Part shown: piece by piece, positions 36,174-44,953 of the stretch
How positions within the stretch are numbered: position 1 is the stretch's first letter
Layout: the number at the start of each line of letters is the position of its first letter
NCBI GenBank assembly: GCA_041917695.1
Contig: JAYRXE010000037.1
Location: 222,905-286,904 of the forward strand
Source of the DNA: Minisyncoccota bacterium
GTDB lineage: Bacteria > Patescibacteriota > Minisyncoccia > UBA6257 > GWB1-50-10
Direction: 5' to 3'
DNA: 64,000 nucleotides
Program-made: the position numbers and the translations under genes
Notes under the pieces: generated by a model
The model's input: only the letters and a program-made list of their open reading frames with translations
Database searches by the model: none
Told to the model about the DNA's origin: nothing

Positions 36174-37112
36174 ATGCCTGAAAATTTCAATGAAATTCCC
36201 AGTTTGAATACTGAGGAGGACGATGCCAAAAAATTAGATACTTTCTTAGAGGAGCAGGAGCGTAAAGCGCGTGAGCGCATTCCCGGCGAAATAGATAAAA
36301 CGCCGCTTGAGGAAGAATTCATACGTTCTGTCGAGACGTCATTGCAAAAAGAGATAGAGGCTTGCAATGCGGATTCTCGCTTTACGTACACTGCGGAGAA
36401 GGTGCATTTTTTGCCCGATGAAATTTTTGATTCCTTGAGCGGTGACTATTCGGGTGGCACGATCCAAGGGCGGTGGGATGTAGCAAATGGTGAAAGGATT
36501 TTAATGAGATATCCCCGCGAGAAGAATTACGATTCGAGTTTTTATAAAAATATCATCCATGAAATGGTCCATGCGGCCGGGTACGCAAGTTTCGCAATAG
36601 GCAAAAATGAGCTGGGGGAGCCCGAAAATTTCTACGGAGAAAAGGTGGGCTTTTCGTTTTACAGCGCAAATAAGGCAAGTCCTTTTTTTATAGGATTAAA
36701 TGAAATTATGGTGGAGAAAATAGCGCATGATGTTTTTTTCCATCTTCCCGATTTAGAAGCATATATGGTTGGCAAGAAATATGCCTTAGATGAATGGATT
36801 TCGGCTATTGGGATCATCGAGAGAGTTTTGGAAGGTTTGAGCGCGCGCATGAACCTGGAGAAGGACGTGTTGTGGAGGGAGATGGAACGAGCCTATTTTG
36901 AGGGAAAGATTAAGATGGAGTATCTTCGGGCGATTGAGGATTTATTCGGCAAAAACTCCTTGAGGGTCCTCGATCGTATTCAGCCGTACGAGGGCAAAGA
37001 AGGGGGCATCAATAAGAAAATCCACGATTATTTTGCAGCCGATGACGCTACGGTACGGGATGCATTGCGTGAAGAGATATTGAGTGCTCCGGAAAATGAA
37101 AAAAATCCCTGA
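36174..37112 (+). CDS. Hypothetical protein with an HExxH (HEMVH) metallopeptidase-like motif.
   Basis: 312 aa, acidic N-terminus, IIHEMVHAAGY. Lower GC than the flanks. No further family assignment. Confidence 0.55.
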   Translation: MPENFNEIPSLNTEEDDAKKLDTFLEEQERKARERIPGEIDKTPLEEEFIRSVETSLQKEIEACNADSRFTYTAEKVHFLPDEIFDSLSGDYSGGTIQGRWDVANGERILMRYPREKNYDSSFYKNIIHEMVHAAGYASFAIGKNELGEPENFYGEKVGFSFYSANKASPFFIGLNEIMVEKIAHDVFFHLPDLEAYMVGKKYALDEWISAIGIIERVLEGLSARMNLEKDVLWREMERAYFEGKIKMEYLRAIEDLFGKNSLRVLDRIQPYEGKEGGINKKIHDYFAADDATVRDALREEILSAPENEKNP

Positions 37113-37113
37113 T

Positions 37114-37794
37114 ATGAAAACAGATACCGGAACGCTTTTTATCGTGGCGACCCCAATTGGGAATTTGGAGGATGTGACCGTTCGCGCGGCGCGGACGTTG
37201 AGGGAGGTCGCATATATCCTCGCCGAAGATACGCGAGTGACTCAGAAGCTCCTGAATCATTTGGGGGCGAAGCAGAAGCTTTTTCGTTGCGACGAATATG
37301 CGGGCGAAGTCCTTTTTGCGCGGACGCTTGAAGACCTTTCGGCGGGGAAGTCCGTCGCGTTCGTGAGCGACGCAGGCACACCCGGCATCGCCGACCCGGC
37401 CGCGAAGCTTGTGAGGTACGTGAGCGAACGCGCTCCGGAAATCGCCATTACGCCCGTGCCAGGGCCTTCTGCGGTCACCGCGCTTCTCTCCGTTGCCGGT
37501 ATCCATGCAAACCAGTTTCTCTTTCTCGGCTACCCTCCCCATAAGAAAGGACGCGAAACCTTTTTCCGCGAGGCGAAAGAGAATCCCGTTCGTCCCGTCG
37601 TGATGTTCGAATCGCCGCATCGCATCCTTAAAACGTTTGAACAGATCGAAAAAAATTTCGGGGCTGAGGCGGAGCTGGTCGTCGGCCGCGAGCTCACCAA
37701 GTTGCACGAAGAGATCTTCCGCGGAACGGTGCGGGCGGCGGGGAGTCATTTTTCCGCCAACCCGAAGGGAGAATTTGCGGTAGCAATCCTCTAA
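37114..37794 (+). CDS. rsmI: 16S rRNA (cytidine1402-2'-O)-methyltransferase.
   Basis: LFIVATPIGNLEDVTVRAARTL..AEDTR tetrapyrrole-methylase fold. ATG immediately after the upstream TGA. Confidence 0.85.
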   Translation: MKTDTGTLFIVATPIGNLEDVTVRAARTLREVAYILAEDTRVTQKLLNHLGAKQKLFRCDEYAGEVLFARTLEDLSAGKSVAFVSDAGTPGIADPAAKLVRYVSERAPEIAITPVPGPSAVTALLSVAGIHANQFLFLGYPPHKKGRETFFREAKENPVRPVVMFESPHRILKTFEQIEKNFGAEAELVVGRELTKLHEEIFRGTVRAAGSHFSANPKGEFAVAIL

Positions 37795-37798
37795 ACCT

Positions 37799-38302
37799 AT
37801 GGAGATTGCCGTCCGCAAGCCGAAAAAATCGGAAGCGAAAAAAATTGTCGCGGTTTTAAACTCGGATGTGCCGATTTATCGGAAGGCGTATTCAGACCGA
37901 TATATCAAATTCCATGGGGGAATCGGCACCTTCGCGGAAGGTGAGATTGATTATGCAAACGGCATAGTCGCGCTGGTCCGCGGAAATATCGCCGGGTATG
38001 CCGATTGGCGGCTCAAGCGCAACGGAATAGCCTGGATTTCCATGCTGATTGTCGCCCCGCGTTATTATCGGCGGGGAGTGGCGACGAAGCTTTTCGAGAC
38101 GATCGAAAAAAAAGCCGTGCGGAACGGAGCGAAAGGGATCGCGGGGGAAACCCAGCGCAGGGCGGTCTGGGTAAATCGCTTCAACCGCAAAATGGGTCTT
38201 AAAAAAGTGGATTGGCGCGGTCTCAATACGCGCCTGTTTAAAGGCACGCTCAAGCAGCCGCCGGTGAAATATACGTATGTGTGGGGAAAACCGCTCGCAT
38301 GA
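37799..38302 (+). CDS. GNAT-family N-acetyltransferase.
   Basis: RRGVATKLFETIEKKA acetyl-CoA motif, 167 aa. Confidence 0.7.
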   Translation: MEIAVRKPKKSEAKKIVAVLNSDVPIYRKAYSDRYIKFHGGIGTFAEGEIDYANGIVALVRGNIAGYADWRLKRNGIAWISMLIVAPRYYRRGVATKLFETIEKKAVRNGAKGIAGETQRRAVWVNRFNRKMGLKKVDWRGLNTRLFKGTLKQPPVKYTYVWGKPLA

Positions 38303-38904
38303 CAACGTATCCCGTATCCAAGCGCATCTTCGATATTGCGGTATCTTTTTCCATCCTCGCAGTTTCTTTGCCGTTGTGGCCCGTTATCGCGCTCGCTATC
38401 CTCTTTGAGGACGGCTTTCCGGTATTCATCCGCCTCGAGCGCGTGAGCGAAGGGCGCGTGATGCGCGTCATCAAATTCCGTTCAATGGTGCGCGGGGCGC
38501 ATGCCATGAAGGAGTCCCTCGCGCCGCAGAACGAGCGGCATGACGGCCCCCTTTTTAAGATGAAAAACGATCCGCGGCTTTTAAAAACAGGCAAATTTTT
38601 CCGCAAAGTGCGCGTGGATGAATTACCCCAGCTTTTAAACGTCATCGCCGGCTCGCTCGCGCTCGTCGGCCCGCGCCCGCACGAGCCCCGGGAGGTGGCG
38701 GCTTATCCAGAGAAGTACGCGAAGGTGCCGCTGGCGCGCGCCGGAGCCACGGGGTTGTCCCAAGTGATGGGCGCATCGGCGCTTTCGTTCGAGCGCGAGC
38801 TTGAATATGACGAATGGTACTTGAAGCACCGGTCGCTTTGGCTCGACATGAAAATTTTATGGCGCACCGTCGCGGTTTTTCTTTTTGACCCTACCGGCGT
38901 TTGA
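38299..38904 (+). CDS. Bacterial sugar transferase (short WcaJ/PglC-like phosphoglycosyltransferase).
   Basis: IFDIAVS..LERVSEGRVMRVIKFRSM..DELPQLLNVIAGSLALVGPRP. ATGA overlap with the GNAT gene. Confidence 0.8.
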   Translation: MTTYPVSKRIFDIAVSFSILAVSLPLWPVIALAILFEDGFPVFIRLERVSEGRVMRVIKFRSMVRGAHAMKESLAPQNERHDGPLFKMKNDPRLLKTGKFFRKVRVDELPQLLNVIAGSLALVGPRPHEPREVAAYPEKYAKVPLARAGATGLSQVMGASALSFERELEYDEWYLKHRSLWLDMKILWRTVAVFLFDPTGV

Positions 38905-38930
38905 GCGTACTATGGGTCTATCTTTGGCCC

Positions 38931-40025
38931 ATGCGCGTTGCGATACTCCATGATTATTTGAACCAATACGGCGGTGCCGAGCGGGTGCTCGAAGTTTTTT
39001 TGGAACTTTTTCCGGCTGCCGACCTATACACTCTGATGTACGACGGCGAGCGCATCGGCTACCGTTTCCAGGGGAATTTGAAAAAGACGAGCGTGCTTGA
39101 TTTTAATTTCGCCCGGCGGAAACACCGCATGTTCATCCCGCTCATGCCGCTTGCGGCAAAAACGGTCCGTTCCGAAGGCGTGTACGACCTCGTCATTTCC
39201 TCGACTGCCGGATATGCGAAAGGCTTTCCGGTGGAGGGGAAATACCACATCTCGTACTGCCACAGTCCGCTCCGGTATGCCTGGGAACTCGACTATCTGA
39301 AAGACCTCCCGTTTTCTCCGGCGTCATTCGTGAAAGGCTCGTTTCGCCGGCCCGCCGCCGAGGTTTTCCAACGATGGGATAAGCGCGCGGCGAACCAGGT
39401 GAATGTCTTTGTCGCGAACTCGTCGTACATCCGCGAAAAAGTCCGCGCGTATTACGGCCGTGATGCGCACGTCATCCATCCGCCGGTCGAAACCGGCACA
39501 TTCAGGCGCCTCCCGACCGACGAGACCGGCAATTACTACCTCATGGCGGGCCGGCTGTTGTACTACAAGCGTTTTGACATCGGTATCCGGGCGTTCAATG
39601 AATTGAAGCTGCCGTTAAAAATCATGGGGACCGGCCCTGAGGAGAAGAAATTACGCGCGATTGCGAATCCGCGGTATGTGGAATTCGTACCGCCGGTTTC
39701 GGACGCGGAACTCCGGAAGCTCTATGCGGGCGCGAAAGCGTTCATCTTTCCCCAAATCGAGGATTTCGGCATCGTTGCGGCGGAAGCGCAGGCATGCGGA
39801 ACCCCGGTGATTGCATACTCCCGCGGGGGATCATGCGAAATCGTCCGCGCGGGCGAAACCGGCATATTTTTCAAGGAACAGACCAAAGACGCGCTCGTCG
39901 GCGCGGTGCGCGAATGCGAGTCAAAGCGGTTTGACCGCAAGAAAATAGCGCGGGACGGCGAACGTTTTTCGAAGGAGGCGTTTAAAGAGGCCTTCATGTC
40001 GCTCGTGAAGAATTCCGGCTTTTAG
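38931..40025 (+). CDS. Glycosyltransferase family 4.
   Basis: MRVAILHDYLNQYGGAERV and EDFGIVAAEAQACGTPVIA (E-x7-E region). ATG 38931 preferred over the TTG at 38901. Confidence 0.8.
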   Translation: MRVAILHDYLNQYGGAERVLEVFLELFPAADLYTLMYDGERIGYRFQGNLKKTSVLDFNFARRKHRMFIPLMPLAAKTVRSEGVYDLVISSTAGYAKGFPVEGKYHISYCHSPLRYAWELDYLKDLPFSPASFVKGSFRRPAAEVFQRWDKRAANQVNVFVANSSYIREKVRAYYGRDAHVIHPPVETGTFRRLPTDETGNYYLMAGRLLYYKRFDIGIRAFNELKLPLKIMGTGPEEKKLRAIANPRYVEFVPPVSDAELRKLYAGAKAFIFPQIEDFGIVAAEAQACGTPVIAYSRGGSCEIVRAGETGIFFKEQTKDALVGAVRECESKRFDRKKIARDGERFSKEAFKEAFMSLVKNSGF

Positions 40026-40040
40026 TCCCTTGAGGAACGC

Positions 40041-41183
40041 ATGAAAATACTTCTCGATGTTCGAACGTTGCATGCCACGCACCTTACGGGCGTTCCGACT
40101 TACACGAAATACATTGTCGAGCACCTTCTTAAAAATCCCGAGGCGCACGAGTACGTGCTTTTTTCAAATACATTCAGATCTTCCGAATCGCTTATCCGGC
40201 GATTTTCGCTTCCGGAGGACCGCGTCCGCGAAGTGAATTGGCACATTCCCAACCGCCCGCTTAATTTTTTTTCCGCATGGCTTAATGCTCCGAAGATTCG
40301 AATCCCCGGCGTCGAACTGGCTTTCAGTCCGCACATCCACCCCATAAGCGTTCCGCGCGGTACGCCGCATGTGGTGACGATACACGATCTCGCTTTTTCG
40401 CGCTTTCCCGGCTATTTCTCCCTAAAGGAACGGCTGTGGCACGCTCTGCCCCGTCCCCGCACCCTTGCGAAACGGGCAGACCATATCATTGCCGTCTCGG
40501 AAACGACGAAGCGGGATTTGGTTGAACATTGGAAATTGCCGGAGGAGAAGGTGACGGTCGTGTACCCGGGAGCGCATGACTGCATCCCCGAAGACCGACT
40601 GGGCGACGTGTCGCGAGTCAAAGATTTTACGAATCCATTCGTACTTTTTACGGGAACGCTCGAGCCGCGGAAAAACATCGAGGGCCTCGTTGCCGCATTC
40701 GAAATTTTGAAAAATGATTCCGCGATGAAAGATATGAAGCTCGTCATTGTGGGCAAGCCCGGATGGCTTTACAAGCCCATCCTTCACCGCATCGCCCGCT
40801 CGAAAAATCGCAGGGATATCGTGGTGTGGGGGTATGCGTCTGACTCCGAATTGCAGGAGTTGTACCGGCGCGCCTCGCTTTTCGCGTATCCGTCTTTTTT
40901 CGAAGGCTTTGTCTTTCCGCCGCTCCACGCCCAGCTCTTGGGGTGTCCGGTTGTTGTTTCCGAAGGCGGTGTTTTCCGCGAGACGCTTGCGGGAAGCGCG
41001 CGCATGGTAGACCAGCGTAATGCGGAATCCATCGCGGAGGGCATGCGGGAGGTGCTTCGAAACGCCGAGTTTCGCGCACGACTCGTTGCGCGGGGGAAGG
41101 AAAACGTCGCGCGTTTCACGTGGAGCGCCGCCGCCGAGCGCACGCTCCAGGTGTTTCAAAATACCGCGCATCGGCTAAAATAA
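40041..41183 (+). CDS. Glycosyltransferase family 4.
   Basis: GT-B fold; FTGTLEPRKN, EGFVFPPLHAQLLGCPVVVSE. Confidence 0.8.
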   Translation: MKILLDVRTLHATHLTGVPTYTKYIVEHLLKNPEAHEYVLFSNTFRSSESLIRRFSLPEDRVREVNWHIPNRPLNFFSAWLNAPKIRIPGVELAFSPHIHPISVPRGTPHVVTIHDLAFSRFPGYFSLKERLWHALPRPRTLAKRADHIIAVSETTKRDLVEHWKLPEEKVTVVYPGAHDCIPEDRLGDVSRVKDFTNPFVLFTGTLEPRKNIEGLVAAFEILKNDSAMKDMKLVIVGKPGWLYKPILHRIARSKNRRDIVVWGYASDSELQELYRRASLFAYPSFFEGFVFPPLHAQLLGCPVVVSEGGVFRETLAGSARMVDQRNAESIAEGMREVLRNAEFRARLVARGKENVARFTWSAAAERTLQVFQNTAHRLK

Positions 41184-41192
41184 GAGGCAGTA

Positions 41193-43277
41193 ATGCCTGA
41201 AAAAGTTCCCCGTAAGAATACCGGCGGCATTCTTGCCGACATTCGAAAACCGCACGGAACGCATGATGCACGTTTCGATGCCATCAATCTCACCCGGGTT
41301 CCCAAAAAGGGTCCGCGGGAATTTTCGTTTTTTGCCGCATTCGGCAAGCGCGCCGCCGTCGTTCTCGGTATCCTTGTCGTCCTTGCCGGGGCTTTCTTCG
41401 CGGCCTCGTTCGGCGAGACCAAACAGGCGGCTTCAGAGACCGCGGAAACGGTGGCGCAGAATTTCATCCATTCCGCAAACGCCCTCCGCGATTTCCGGCC
41501 GGACGATGCGCTGGTCGCGCTCCGGAAGAACGAAGACGAAATTTCGGGATTTAAGAGTTTTTTGGGTGATACGCATGGAAACGTTTTCATTTCCATCGTG
41601 GGATCCGTCGCTCCCGTTTTGCGCCAGGGCTTGGGACTTTTCACGGCCGTCGACGACTTAAACGGAAAGTTCATCACGCTTGCGGAAAGCCTGAAGGACC
41701 TCGAGGAAAACGGCCCGCGATATTTTCAGACGGACGGTTCGGCGTTCATCGCTTCGCTTGAGCGTCTTCGCGACCGCACCCGCGAGGTGGGCGGGGACGT
41801 GCAATCCGCGCGGAACGACATGGCGCGCATCATGAACGTTTTCCCGTCGGTCGGCGGTTTCGGTTCGATTCTCGGCGATGATTACCTGAAGTACAGCGCC
41901 GATCTGGTGGCGACCGAAAAATTCCTCGATGCGCTTATCGCGACCTTGAAAGAGCCGGGCGAAAAACATTTTATCGTTCTGTTTCAAAACGCAGCGGAGG
42001 CGCGTCCGGGAGGCGGGTTCGCCGGGAGCTATGCCGACGTGACGATTGAGAACGGCCAGCTCAAAAACATCGACGTGCGGGATATTTACGATCCCGACGG
42101 ACAGCTTGCGGTAAACGTCGTCCCGCCCCAGGAATTGAAAACCATGACGCGTAAATGGGGGGCGCGGGACGCGAATTGGTTCTTCGATTTTCCGACGACG
42201 GCGGAAGCGACGCTTTATTTCCTTGAGCATTCCAAGATTTATTCGGAGAAGCAGGTGACCTTCGAGGGCGTGATTGCGATGAATACGTACGCCTTTGAAA
42301 GTATCCTCGATGTGACCGGGCCGATGGAATTGCCTGAGTACAAAACGACGATTACGAGCGCGAATTTCCACGACGTGATTCAGCGCGAGGTTGAGGCCGG
42401 AAACGACAAGATTGCCGGCGAGCCGAAGCGCATTTTGAAGGTACTTGCCCCGAAGCTTTTGGAAAAAATGAAAACCCTTGAAGGCGGCGATATGCGGCTT
42501 CTCGCGCAGGCGGTTTTCACCCATTTGGAATCGAAAGACATCATGCTGTATGCAAAGCACCGTGATATGGCAAATTTCTTCGCCGAGCGGAATCTCGACG
42601 GGGGTTTGTACGGCATTCCGAACAATTTCTTCGGCAGTTATCTGGCAGTCGTAAACGCGAATGTCGCCGGCGGGAAAACGGATTTGTTCATGGAGCAGAA
42701 CATTGAGGCGCGCATCGACCTCGATACGAATGCCGGCATTTTCACCGATTTGACCGTCGAGCGCGCCCATATGGGAAACGCGCAGAAGGATCCCTGGTGG
42801 AAGGCGCCAAATAAGAACTTCATCCAGATTTTCACGAACCCCGGCGTATCGCTCGTGTCACTCAAGGGAAACGACGTGAAAACAATATCGTCCAAATTCG
42901 ATTACAGCGCGGCTGGCTATGAGCGCTATCCCGCGCTCGACAAGATAGAGCTCACGCGCGTCTTCCTTTCGCCGTACCAAACGTGGGCGATGGAATCGCT
43001 CGGCAAGACCGCTTTCGGCACGTGGTTCAACGTGAATGCGGGCGAACGGAAGAAGCTCGAAGTCCGCTACCAGCTTCCCGCGGCGAACCAAAACGTATGG
43101 GATGGAGAAGTCTTTACCTTCGTCTTCGAGCGCCAAAGCGGGGTGCGGAGCAATCTGAAGGCCACGATATCCGCGCCCCTCGGGTACAACTTCAAAGAGT
43201 CCGGCGGACCCCTCTATATTTTCGAGGACAAGGGGACTGCGGGACGCATCGTCATTCCCCTTACCCTCGAGAAATAA
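41193..43277 (+). CDS. DUF4012-like membrane protein (polysaccharide-locus associated).
   Basis: N-terminal transmembrane segment. FIVLFQNAAEARPGGGFAGSY resembles the DUF4012 core from memory. 694 aa. Confidence 0.6.
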   Translation: MPEKVPRKNTGGILADIRKPHGTHDARFDAINLTRVPKKGPREFSFFAAFGKRAAVVLGILVVLAGAFFAASFGETKQAASETAETVAQNFIHSANALRDFRPDDALVALRKNEDEISGFKSFLGDTHGNVFISIVGSVAPVLRQGLGLFTAVDDLNGKFITLAESLKDLEENGPRYFQTDGSAFIASLERLRDRTREVGGDVQSARNDMARIMNVFPSVGGFGSILGDDYLKYSADLVATEKFLDALIATLKEPGEKHFIVLFQNAAEARPGGGFAGSYADVTIENGQLKNIDVRDIYDPDGQLAVNVVPPQELKTMTRKWGARDANWFFDFPTTAEATLYFLEHSKIYSEKQVTFEGVIAMNTYAFESILDVTGPMELPEYKTTITSANFHDVIQREVEAGNDKIAGEPKRILKVLAPKLLEKMKTLEGGDMRLLAQAVFTHLESKDIMLYAKHRDMANFFAERNLDGGLYGIPNNFFGSYLAVVNANVAGGKTDLFMEQNIEARIDLDTNAGIFTDLTVERAHMGNAQKDPWWKAPNKNFIQIFTNPGVSLVSLKGNDVKTISSKFDYSAAGYERYPALDKIELTRVFLSPYQTWAMESLGKTAFGTWFNVNAGERKKLEVRYQLPAANQNVWDGEVFTFVFERQSGVRSNLKATISAPLGYNFKESGGPLYIFEDKGTAGRIVIPLTLEK

Positions 43278-43355
43278 TTCCGATTGACAGCGCTGCTTGC
43301 GCCAGGCAGGATAGGGTCAGCATTTCAATAACTTATTACAGAAAGGAAGGCATCC

Positions 43356-44453
43356 GTGCCTAAAAAAGGAAAACCGGACATCATCCAGGTCGAGTACATC
43401 TGGGTCCGCGGACCGAAAAAGGACCGTAAGACGCAGACGTTGTGTTCAAAAACAAAAGTCATAGAGAATCCGTATCCGAAAGGAACGACTTTCTTAGATC
43501 CCCGAAAACTTCCGCCGTGGGGGTTTGACGGATCGAGTACTGAACAGGCAAAAACGGAAAAAAGCGATTGCCTGCTTACACCGGTATACGTTGTTCCCGA
43601 TCCCATCCAGGGCGGGGGAAATCTCTTAGCTTTGTGCGAAGTGATGGATGCAGACGGGAAACCCCATCCGACGAATACCCGCGCCATGTTGCGGAGCATC
43701 GCCCCAAAATACAAACGCTACGATGCATGGTTCGGCATGGAGCAGGAATACACGCTTTATGACGAACACGGAAACTGGCCGTATGGTTGGCCGGATAAAG
43801 GATATCCCTTCGAACAGGGGGGGAACTATTGCGGCGTCGGCTCCGATGAAGTGTATGGTACCGCTCTTGTGAAGGAACATACGCGCATGTGTATCGCCTC
43901 CGGCATCAAAATTTCCGGAACGAATGCGGAAGTGATGCCTTCGCAATGGGAATTCCAGGTCGGGCCGTTAGGACCCCTCGAAATAGGGGATCAACTGCTC
44001 ATCGCCCGCTGGCTTCTTTTTATCTTGGGTGAGAAATACCGCATCAGCGTAAAACTTGACCCAAAGCCCCTTGAAAAAGGCAATTGGAACGGTGCGGGCA
44101 TGCACACCAACTTCAGCACCGCTCTTATGCGCGGAAAGGGAGGTATTAAGGCCGTTCTGAAAGCATGCGAGGCGCTGAAGGAATCCCATAAAGAACACAT
44201 TGCCGTATATGGCGAATACAACGATAAGCGGCTGACCGGCAATCACGAAACGGGAAGCTACAAGAAATTCACCTTTGGCAAAAGCGACCGGAGCGCTTCG
44301 GTGAGGATTCCCGTTTCGGGAACATACCTCGAAGACCGCCGGCCGGGCGCGAATGCAGACCCCTACAAGATTGCCTACGCGCTTCTTCAGAGCGTGTGTG
44401 GCAAAGGATTCGAAGCCCCGGAACACTGGATAGAGTTGAAAGTGAAGGAATGA
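43356..44453 (+). CDS. glnII: Glutamine synthetase, type II (GlnII-like).
   Basis: NYCGVGSDEVYG, GTNAEVMPSQWEFQVGP, NWNGAGMHTNFST match GSII signatures. GTG start with AAAGGAAGG SD. Confidence 0.8.
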   Translation: MPKKGKPDIIQVEYIWVRGPKKDRKTQTLCSKTKVIENPYPKGTTFLDPRKLPPWGFDGSSTEQAKTEKSDCLLTPVYVVPDPIQGGGNLLALCEVMDADGKPHPTNTRAMLRSIAPKYKRYDAWFGMEQEYTLYDEHGNWPYGWPDKGYPFEQGGNYCGVGSDEVYGTALVKEHTRMCIASGIKISGTNAEVMPSQWEFQVGPLGPLEIGDQLLIARWLLFILGEKYRISVKLDPKPLEKGNWNGAGMHTNFSTALMRGKGGIKAVLKACEALKESHKEHIAVYGEYNDKRLTGNHETGSYKKFTFGKSDRSASVRIPVSGTYLEDRRPGANADPYKIAYALLQSVCGKGFEAPEHWIELKVKE

Positions 44454-44462
44454 TGAAAAGAC

Positions 44463-44505
44463 AAATCCCCCGATTTGCCGACTGGCGGAGGGGGATTTTT
44501 ATTTA
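44463..44505 (+). terminator. Rho-independent terminator.
   Basis: aaatcccccgatttgccgactggcggagggggatttttattt. Confidence 0.6.
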
Positions 44506-44532
44506 AAAAAAGCCCCGTAAAGAATCATACGG
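44504..44532 (-). terminator. Putative terminator of the minus-strand tRNA cluster.
   Basis: Minus strand ccgtatgattctttacgg followed by ggcttttttt. Confidence 0.35.
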
Positions 44533-44562
44533 AGCTTACTAAAGGAGGAGAAAACAAATATG

Positions 44563-44653
44563 TGGACAGGGGAGGACTTGAACCTCCGACCCTTCTTTTT
44601 CAAGGAAGTGCTCTACCAGAAGATTCACCATCTTCTTTCTGAGTTACCTGTCC
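44563..44653 (-). tRNA. tRNA-Phe (GAA) with a 21-nt hairpin insertion in the D-loop (91 nt, no encoded CCA).
   Basis: Minus strand: GGACAGG-TA-ACTC-AG[AAAGAAGATGGTGAATCTTCT]GGTA-GAGC-A-CTTCC-TTGAAAA-AGAAG-GGTC-GGAGG-TTCAAGT-CCTCC-CCTGTCC-A. Acceptor and T-arm fully paired. The anticodon loop is canonical (U33, GAA, A37). Confidence 0.55.
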
Positions 44654-44660
44654 GAATGCG

Positions 44661-44756
44661 TGAGCGGAAAAGGATTCGAACCTCTGGCCTCCAGATTCCG
44701 GAAACCCCCCACGGGATTGTTTAGTCTGGCGCTCTGCCGGTCTGAGCTATCCGCCC
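44661..44756 (-). tRNA. tRNA gene (96 nt) with an insertion of about 22 nt in the anticodon loop. Anticodon undetermined (CGG/Pro is one possibility).
   Basis: Minus strand: GGGCGGA-TA-GCTC-AGACCGGCA-GAGC-G-CCAGA-[CTAAACAATCCCGTGGGGGGTTTCCGGAA]-TCTGG-AGGCC-AGAGG-TTCGAAT-CCTTT-TCCGCTC-A. All stems pair. The 29-nt loop region contains a hairpin AATCCC/GGGGTT. Confidence 0.45.
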
Positions 44757-44782
44757 CATAAATCATATTTATTCGCGTATCG

Positions 44783-44896
44783 CACCGGAGAAAGGAGTCG
44801 AACCTCCGACCTTCTTGCGGGTCAAGCAAGACGCTCTCACCACGGGGTTTTATCTCTCCAGCATGCGTAAAGAGACCCTTGCTGAGCTACTCCGGT
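44783..44896 (-). tRNA. tRNA-Val (GAC)-like gene (114 nt) with a D-loop insertion of about 37 nt.
   Basis: Minus strand: ACCGGAG-TA-GCTC-AG[CAAGGGTCTCTTTACGCATGCTGGAGAGATAAAACCCC]GTGGTGA-GAGC-G-TCTTGC-TTGACCC-GCAAGA-AGGTC-GGAGG-TTCGACT-CCTTT-CTCCGGT-G. The insert can form GGGTCTCT/AGAGA..ACCC pairing. Confidence 0.45.
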
Positions 44897-44915
44897 ATTG
44901 TTAAGCAACGGCTTT

Positions 44916-44943
44916 TTTATACCTTTATTAAAAATAAAGTCAA
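44916..44943 (-). promoter_or_regulatory. Sigma70-like promoter for the tRNA cluster (minus strand TTGACT-N16-TATAAA).
   Basis: -35 = revcomp of 44938-44943, -10 = revcomp of 44916-44921. The predicted TSS is about 10 nt upstream of the tRNA 5' end at 44896. Confidence 0.5.
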
Positions 44944-44953
44944 GTCGGCTATA

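Noticed and set aside
41658-42770. 370-aa minus-strand ORF inside the DUF4012 gene.
   Set aside because: Antisense artefact. The sense ORF is 694 aa with a transmembrane segment and a conserved core motif.
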